Assembly: GCA_040003235.1 (NCBI GenBank)
Contig: JBDUCW010000005.1
Span: 1,665 to 65,664, forward strand
DNA from: Ferruginibacter sp.
Lineage (GTDB): Bacteria; Bacteroidota; Bacteroidia; Chitinophagales; Chitinophagaceae
Direction of reading: 5' to 3'
Length of the DNA: 64,000 bases
Shown: piece after piece, positions 59,206 to 64,000 of the stretch
How positions within the stretch are numbered: position 1 is the first letter of the stretch
Layout: every line of letters starts with the position of its first letter
Made by a program: the position numbers and the translations under genes
Notes under the pieces: model-generated
Database searches by the model: none
What the model was told of the DNA's origin: nothing
What the model saw: the letters and a program-made list of their open reading frames with translations, nothing else

Positions 59206-59265
59206 TTTTTCTAATTCGTGAATCTGATTTTTCTAATTCGTGAAATTCGTGTTTTAAAATTCGTG
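59206..59265. repeat. Family E array: 2 x TTTTTCTAATTCGTGAA plus two further ATTCGTG words
   Basis: 17-mers at 59206-59222 and 59228-59244 are identical. ATTCGTG recurs at 59245 and 59259. Ends 8 nt before the nuoB ATG. Confidence 0.8.
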
Positions 59266-59273
59266 TTATAAAA

Positions 59274-59813
59274 ATGCTGGAAGCACAAAATAATATTACC
59301 GAATCATTTCCTGGTGAAGTTTACCATTCGCCCGGCGGCGGTATTGTGGTAAGTAAAATGGACCAGGTCATTAACTGGGCAAGAAGTAATTCTTTATGGC
59401 CACTCGTTTTTGGTACCAGTTGCTGCGCCATAGAAATGATGAGTGCTGCTTCTGCAAAGTACGACTGGAGCCGCTTTGGTTTTGAAGTGGCGCGTGCCAC
59501 ACCGAGGCAGGCCGACGTGATCATCATTGCCGGAACGATCGTAAATAAAATGGCACCGGTACTAAAACGTTTGTACGATCAGATGGGCGATCCGAAATAT
59601 GTAATAGCAATGGGTGCCTGCGCAACGAGCGGCGGTCCGTTTTTTTACAATACTTATTCTGTGGTGAAAGGCGCTGATCATATTATTCCTGTTGATGTAT
59701 ACATTGCCGGTTGTCCGCCTAGACCGGAAGCATTGATTCATGCATTAATTACATTGCAGGAAAAAATAAAAAGCGGGATGACGAGAGAGCAGATAAAAGC
59801 AAGTAGTAAGTAA
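59274..59813 (+). CDS. nuoB: NADH-quinone oxidoreductase subunit B
   Basis: [16 protein letters not shown] and CPPRPE N2-cluster cysteine motifs. Confidence 0.95.
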   Translation: MLEAQNNITESFPGEVYHSPGGGIVVSKMDQVINWARSNSLWPLVFGTSCCAIEMMSAASAKYDWSRFGFEVARATPRQADVIIIAGTIVNKMAPVLKRLYDQMGDPKYVIAMGACATSGGPFFYNTYSVVKGADHIIPVDVYIAGCPPRPEALIHALITLQEKIKSGMTREQIKASSK

Positions 59814-59816
59814 TAA

Positions 59817-59945
59817 GTTTTATGTTATACGTTATAAGTATGATTAAGAGGAGTGTTGAATTTTTAATTTTCAAAGAGAATAAATCAAGTATAATAAAGT
59901 GGTAACAAATTAAAAACATCCAACGTAAAACGTATAACGTAAAAC
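59817..59945. repeat. Long-range inverted repeat (family F) spanning the nuoB-nuoC gap
   Basis: 59817-59832 GTTTTATGTTATACGT pairs with 59930-59945 ACGTATAACGTAAAAC: 16 bp with one G-U, enclosing 97 nt. Confidence 0.8.
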
Positions 59946-59964
59946 TTACAACGTCAAACTCTTC

Positions 59965-60423
59965 ATGAACCGGGAAACATTACAACAACATATCTCCGAA
60001 CTGCTTTCAACTGCCACTTTTGAAGAAGGCGGTGAGTGGCTCAATATAAATATTGATCCGGCTGACTGGTTATCGTTTGCAACTGCCTTAAAAAATACGG
60101 AAGGATTGGAATTTGATTACCTCATGTGCCTGACCTGTGTGGATTGGAAAACACATCTGACCATGGTCTATCATCTTGAATCTACCAGTTACCGGCACAC
60201 GATTGTAGTAAAAGCAAAACTCGACAGAGCGAAACCTGAGATTGAATCTGTGTCTGATCTCTGGCGCACAGCAGAATTTCATGAAAGAGAAGTGTTTGAA
60301 TTGTTTGGTGTAAATTTTTTGCATCATCCGGATTTAAGATTGCTGATCCTGCCCGATGGCTGGGAAGGAAAATTTCCATTGCGCAAAGATTTTGAAGATG
60401 AAGTGAACATGATCAAATTATAA
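59965..60423 (+). CDS. nuoC: NADH-quinone oxidoreductase subunit C
   Basis: Conserved WRTAEFHEREVFELFG and ILPDGWEG...PLRKD motifs. 152 aa. Confidence 0.9.
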   Translation: MNRETLQQHISELLSTATFEEGGEWLNINIDPADWLSFATALKNTEGLEFDYLMCLTCVDWKTHLTMVYHLESTSYRHTIVVKAKLDRAKPEIESVSDLWRTAEFHEREVFELFGVNFLHHPDLRLLILPDGWEGKFPLRKDFEDEVNMIKL

Positions 60424-60435
60424 AAACGTTTCATC

Positions 60436-60470
60436 GTTGAGCATTGAATATTGAACATTATGCATGAATA
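60436..60470. repeat. Family B words (GTTGAGCATTGAATATTGAACATTATGCATGAATA)
   Basis: Same TTGAACATTGA / TTGAGCATTGA vocabulary as 57494-57530 and 63513-63545. In the nuoC-nuoD gap. Confidence 0.7.
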
Positions 60471-60495
60471 ATCTATGGTCAAATAAAAGCAATTG

Positions 60496-61611
60496 ATGTT
60501 TCAAGAAGTAGCAACAACAGAGCAGGGGGATTTAATTATAAATGTTGGGCCGCAGCATCCGGCTACGCATGGCGTGCTCCATCTTGTGATCACTATCAAT
60601 GGCGAGACTGTTAAAAACGTAGAACCGCACTTGGGATATATTCATCGTTCTATTGAAAAAATGTGTGAGAGCCTGAGTTACCGGCAATTCATTTATGTGA
60701 CAAGCCGCATGGATTATTTATCATCGCACATTAACAATCATGGCTGTGCTTTGTGTGTAGAAAAAGGTTTGCAGATCGAAGTGCCGCAACGGGCGCAGGT
60801 TGTAAGGGTTTTGATGGATGAATTGACCCGGCTGGCTTCGCACCAGTTGTGGTGGGGCGCTGTCGCGATGGATGTTGGCGCACTCACGCCTTTCTTTTTA
60901 TCTTTTCGCGAAAGAGAAATGATCAATGAAATTATGGAAGAGACCTGTGGCGCAAGATTAACCATGAATTATATCGTTCCCGGTGGCGTGATGTATGATA
61001 TCCATCCCAACTTCCAAAAGAAAGTAAAAGATTTTCTAACGCATTTCCGTTCTAAAATAAATGAGTATGATGAACTGGTGACGAACAATATTATTTTTCA
61101 GAATCGCATGAAGGGCATTGGCTGTATTTCCAAAGCAGATGCTATTTCATATGGCATGACCGGACCCGCGGCGAGAGCAAGTGGTGTAAGTTGCGACATC
61201 AGAAAATTATTTCCTTATGAAGTTTATAGTCAGGTAAATTTTGAAGAAATACTTGCAACGGAAGGCGACAGCTTTGCCCGATATACCGTGCGCATAAAAG
61301 AAATGCATCAGTCAATGAACATCGTTGAACAATTAATAGACAATATTCCGGAAGGAGATTTTCAGGCAAAAACAAAAGCAGTATTAAAATTACCGAAGGG
61401 GGAGTTTTACAGTCGTGTTGAAACAGCCCGCGGCGATTTCGGTGTGTACATTGTAAGCGAAGGCGGAACAACGCCTTACCGGATCAAATTCCGTTCACCG
61501 GGATTTTCAAATCTTTCTGCATTGAATCATTTAGTAAAAGGACATAAACTTGGGGATATGGTGGCAATCATGGGAACCTTGGATTTAGTGATACCGGACA
61601 TTGATCGGTAA
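60496..61611 (+). CDS. nuoD: NADH-quinone oxidoreductase subunit D
   Basis: Start moved to the ATG at 60496. GPQHPATHGVLHL, LGYIHRSIEK and C-terminal LDLVIPDIDR motifs. Confidence 0.95.
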   Translation: MFQEVATTEQGDLIINVGPQHPATHGVLHLVITINGETVKNVEPHLGYIHRSIEKMCESLSYRQFIYVTSRMDYLSSHINNHGCALCVEKGLQIEVPQRAQVVRVLMDELTRLASHQLWWGAVAMDVGALTPFFLSFREREMINEIMEETCGARLTMNYIVPGGVMYDIHPNFQKKVKDFLTHFRSKINEYDELVTNNIIFQNRMKGIGCISKADAISYGMTGPAARASGVSCDIRKLFPYEVYSQVNFEEILATEGDSFARYTVRIKEMHQSMNIVEQLIDNIPEGDFQAKTKAVLKLPKGEFYSRVETARGDFGVYIVSEGGTTPYRIKFRSPGFSNLSALNHLVKGHKLGDMVAIMGTLDLVIPDIDR

Positions 61612-61618
61612 TGTTGTA

Positions 61619-61755
61619 AGTTATAAGTTGTAGGTTATAAGTTAAAACCTACTGATTCAAAGATCTTTTTATAATAGCAATTTTTTTTAATAAAGGAATG
61701 AATAAAAAAATGAAATTAACAACTCAACAAAACTTATAACTTAAAACCTATAACT
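61619..61755. repeat. Long-range inverted repeat (family F) spanning the nuoD-nuoH gap
   Basis: 61619-61643 AGTTATAAGTTGTAGGTTATAAGTT versus 61731-61755 AACTTATAACTTAAAACCTATAACT: 22/25 complementary, 87 nt between. A local 7-bp hairpin GTAGGTT..AACCTAC sits at 61631-61653. Confidence 0.8.
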
Positions 61756-61757
61756 CT

Positions 61758-62834
61758 TTGTTCTCTCTCGAACACATAACAAACGCAGTACACAACTGGC
61801 TGAATGCAAATTTCAGTTCAGGTTGGGCATTGCTGTTTGAATTCGTGATTGTCGGAATACTAGTGATCAGTTTATTTGCAGTATTGGGTCTGGTGCTGAT
61901 CATGATGGAAAGAAAAGTATCTGCATGGATGCAGTTAAGGCTGGGACCGAATCGTGTTGGTCCGAAAGGAATGTTTCAAACGCTGGCCGATACCATCAAG
62001 CTGATGGTGAAAGAAGGCATGACACCGGATGGGGCAGATAAATTTTTATTTAATGTGGCGCCTTTTATTGTAATGATCGTTGCAATGGTTGTGATGGCAC
62101 CATTAATGTTTGCAAAAGGTTTTCAGATCTGGGATATCAATATCGGCGTGTTGTTCATTACTTCGATCTCTTCTGTTTCAGTGATCGGAATATTGATGGC
62201 GGGCTGGGCCAGTAACAATAAATATTCATTGATGGGCGCTATGCGCAGCGGGGCACAGATCGTGAGTTATGAATTGTCTGCCGGACTTTCTATTCTTTCG
62301 ATTGTTGTGCTGACGGGCAGTGTAAAAATTTCCGATATCATTGCATCGCAGGAAAACGGATGGTGGTTGTTCAAAGGACATATTCCGGCGCTGATCGCAT
62401 TTGTAATTTTTATTATTGCTGTAACTGCAGAAACCAACCGTGCACCTTTTGATATGGCCGAAGCAGAATCAGAACTTACCGGTGGCTTTCATACAGAATA
62501 TTCCGGGATGAAATTCGCTTTGTTCTTTTTAGCAGAGTATGTAAATATTTTTGTGGCCTGTGCTTTTGGTGCAACTTTATTTCTCGGCGGATGGATGCCT
62601 TTTCACATCGGCAGCTGGCATGCCTTTAATCATGTGATGGATTATGTTCCTTCATCGCTTTGGTTTTTTGGTAAAACATTTTTTTTAATTTTTGTGATCA
62701 TGTGGTTCCGGTGGACATTCCCACGCCTGCGTATTGATCAGTTATTGAACCTGGAATGGAAATATTTATTACCGATCAGTATGGTAAACCTATTGCTGGT
62801 AACACTGATCGCAATAATGGGCTGGCATTTTTGA
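61758..62834 (+). CDS. nuoH: NADH-quinone oxidoreductase subunit H
   Basis: ERKVSAWMQLRLGPNRVGPKG, TNRAPFDMAEAESEL and EY motifs. Apparent TTG start; the exact start is uncertain. Confidence 0.92.
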   Translation: MFSLEHITNAVHNWLNANFSSGWALLFEFVIVGILVISLFAVLGLVLIMMERKVSAWMQLRLGPNRVGPKGMFQTLADTIKLMVKEGMTPDGADKFLFNVAPFIVMIVAMVVMAPLMFAKGFQIWDINIGVLFITSISSVSVIGILMAGWASNNKYSLMGAMRSGAQIVSYELSAGLSILSIVVLTGSVKISDIIASQENGWWLFKGHIPALIAFVIFIIAVTAETNRAPFDMAEAESELTGGFHTEYSGMKFALFFLAEYVNIFVACAFGATLFLGGWMPFHIGSWHAFNHVMDYVPSSLWFFGKTFFLIFVIMWFRWTFPRLRIDQLLNLEWKYLLPISMVNLLLVTLIAIMGWHF

Positions 62835-62846
62835 ATACAACGTCTT

Positions 62847-62932
62847 GCGTTTGCTGTTTGGCGTTGAGTATCTAAAGAGCAGGATACTTTGCAACAGAAA
62901 GTTCCTAACACCAAACACCAAACAGCAAACGC
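62847..62932. repeat. Perfect 15-bp long-range inverted repeat (family I) in the nuoH-nuoI gap
   Basis: 62847-62861 GCGTTTGCTGTTTGG and 62918-62932 CCAAACAGCAAACGC. Nested 6-bp hairpin AGTATC..GATACT at 62867-62888. The right flank repeats CCAAAC words. Confidence 0.85.
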
Positions 62933-62948
62933 CAAACAATAAGTTATT

Positions 62949-63428
62949 ATGTTTTTTAAAAATTATATAAAGGACGTTTACAATGGAGTTACTTCCTTAT
63001 TAAAAGGTATGCGCCTCACTGGAAGATATTTTATTCATCACCGTAAAGAAAGTATTACAGAAGAATATCCGGATAATAAAGCAACGCTGGTATTGGCAGA
63101 ACGGTTTCGGGGAGAAGTGGTGATGCCACATGATGAAAATAATGAACATGCCTGTACCGGCTGCACTGCATGCGAACTGGCCTGTCCGAATGCAACCATC
63201 AAGATCGTCACCAAATTTGATATAACACCTGAAGGCAAAAAGAAGAAAGCGATCGATACGTTTGTTTATCACCTGGAATTGTGTACCATGTGTAATCTTT
63301 GTATTGAGGCCTGCCCGACTGATGCAATTAAAATGGCGCAGAATTTTGAACACAGTGTAACAGACAGGACCAAACTTACAAAAGTATTGAACAGGCCGGG
63401 ATCGAAAGTGAGGGAAGGAGTAGAATAA
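62949..63428 (+). CDS. nuoI: NADH-quinone oxidoreductase subunit I
   Basis: Two 4Fe-4S motifs, CTGCTACELACP and CTMCNLCIEACP. Confidence 0.93.
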   Translation: MFFKNYIKDVYNGVTSLLKGMRLTGRYFIHHRKESITEEYPDNKATLVLAERFRGEVVMPHDENNEHACTGCTACELACPNATIKIVTKFDITPEGKKKKAIDTFVYHLELCTMCNLCIEACPTDAIKMAQNFEHSVTDRTKLTKVLNRPGSKVREGVE

Positions 63429-63456
63429 TTAAGAATTAAAAATTAAGAATTAAAAG
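63429..63456. repeat. Tandem 14-mer (TTAAGAATTAAAAA / TTAAGAATTAAAAG), family J
   Basis: Starts at the base after the nuoI stop codon. 13/14 identical units. Confidence 0.8.
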
Positions 63457-63460
63457 TTAG

Positions 63461-63574
63461 TTCGAAATTCGACATTCTTTGTTCCTTGTTCGATATTTTT
63501 TTGACCGATCAACCTGAACATTGAACATTGATTGTTGAATATTTGTATTTCCGGTCTGACGGTCTCCGTCTGAC
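63461..63574. repeat. Mosaic of family A, B and C words in the nuoI-nuoJ gap
   Basis: A: TTCGAAATTCGACATTCTTTGTTCCTTGTTCGATATT (63461-63497). B: CCTGAACATTGAACATTGATTGTTGAATATTTG (63513-63545). C: GTCTCCGTCTGAC (63562-63574) is the reverse complement of 57572-57584. Confidence 0.8.
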
Positions 63575-63588
63575 TACCAAATAAAAGA

Positions 63589-64000
63589 ATGACTGCTTCA
63601 CAAATTATATTTTATATTTTATCTGCCTTCATACTTGGAGCAGCAATACTTTCTGTGACTACCCGGAAGATTTTCCGCGCTGCCATCTGGTTATTGTTTT
63701 CACTCATTAGTATTGCAGGAATTTATTTCTGGATGGAAGTAGAATTTATTGCTGCCGTTCAGATCATCGTGTATGTAGGTGGCATTGTGGTACTCATTAT
63801 TTTTTCAATTTTTCTTACACAGCAATCAGGTAAAGAAATGGCGAAGGCGCCGATTTCAAGAACGATCGCATCAGTGCTGGCAGTACTATTCGGCTTTGCA
63901 TTAACCTATTTGCTGATCTATAAAAATGAATTCAAAGCGGGCGATGGAAAATTTGATATGGAACTTTCAAGGATTGGTACGCAAATGCTGAGCACCGGTA
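63589..64000 (+). CDS. nuoJ: NADH-quinone oxidoreductase subunit J, 3' end outside window
   Basis: Not in the ORF track because it has no stop within the window. ATG at 63589. MTASQIIFYILSAFILGAAILSV...AAVQIIVYVGGIVVLIIF is a typical NuoJ N-terminal half. Confidence 0.85.
   Translation, partial: MTASQIIFYILSAFILGAAILSVTTRKIFRAAIWLLFSLISIAGIYFWMEVEFIAAVQIIVYVGGIVVLIIFSIFLTQQSGKEMAKAPISRTIASVLAVLFGFALTYLLIYKNEFKAGDGKFDMELSRIGTQMLSTG

Noticed and set aside
1-64000. Search for tRNA, rRNA, transposase, integrase, phage genes or known defence genes.
   Set aside because: No T-arm/acceptor-like tRNA signatures or rRNA stretches were seen in the intergenic regions. No ORF shows DDE/tyrosine-recombinase, restriction-modification, Cas or toxin-antitoxin hallmarks.

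Overview
64-kb chromosomal window from a Bacteroidota genome, probably Chitinophagia/Sphingobacteriia-like. Support: T9SS type A and type B C-terminal sorting domains, SusC/TonB-plug-like motifs, an nuo operon running A-B-C-D-H-I-J without nuoEFG, and AT-rich leaders without obvious Shine-Dalgarno sequences. I call about 49 protein genes and no rRNA, tRNA, CRISPR array, transposase or integrase. The ORF track uses TTG/GTG as M, so several starts were moved to the first plausible ATG. Core content, in order: an ECF sigma operon; purD; the elongasome cluster mreB-mreC-mreD-mrdA-rodA with an MBL-fold gene overlapping rodA; a peptide-uptake trio (POT, OPT, gamma-glutamyltransferase); GH28; a Na+/H+ antiporter; a BlaI/BlaR1-like pair; mutL; mfd; a 1720-aa S8 protease; and an FNR-like flavoprotein followed by nuoABCDHIJ. 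Less ordinary content: two paralogous DUF1800-DUF1501 pairs, one in an apparent operon with a 7-repeat T9SS type-B protein and carrying both a Tat-type signal and a T9SS CTD; a four-gene envelope cluster of unknown function next to an XRE regulator and a decayed XRE paralog; and a degenerate M23 protein. The signal not explained by genes is a pervasive set of intergenic word-repeat elements (families labelled A-J here, after their core words). They inflate normally compact operons (nuo, mre), form long-range inverted repeats that run from the upstream stop codon to the downstream start codon, build a 360-bp MITE/BIME-like mosaic, and overlap the 3' end of a probably truncated MFS gene. All functional readings of these repeats are inference.
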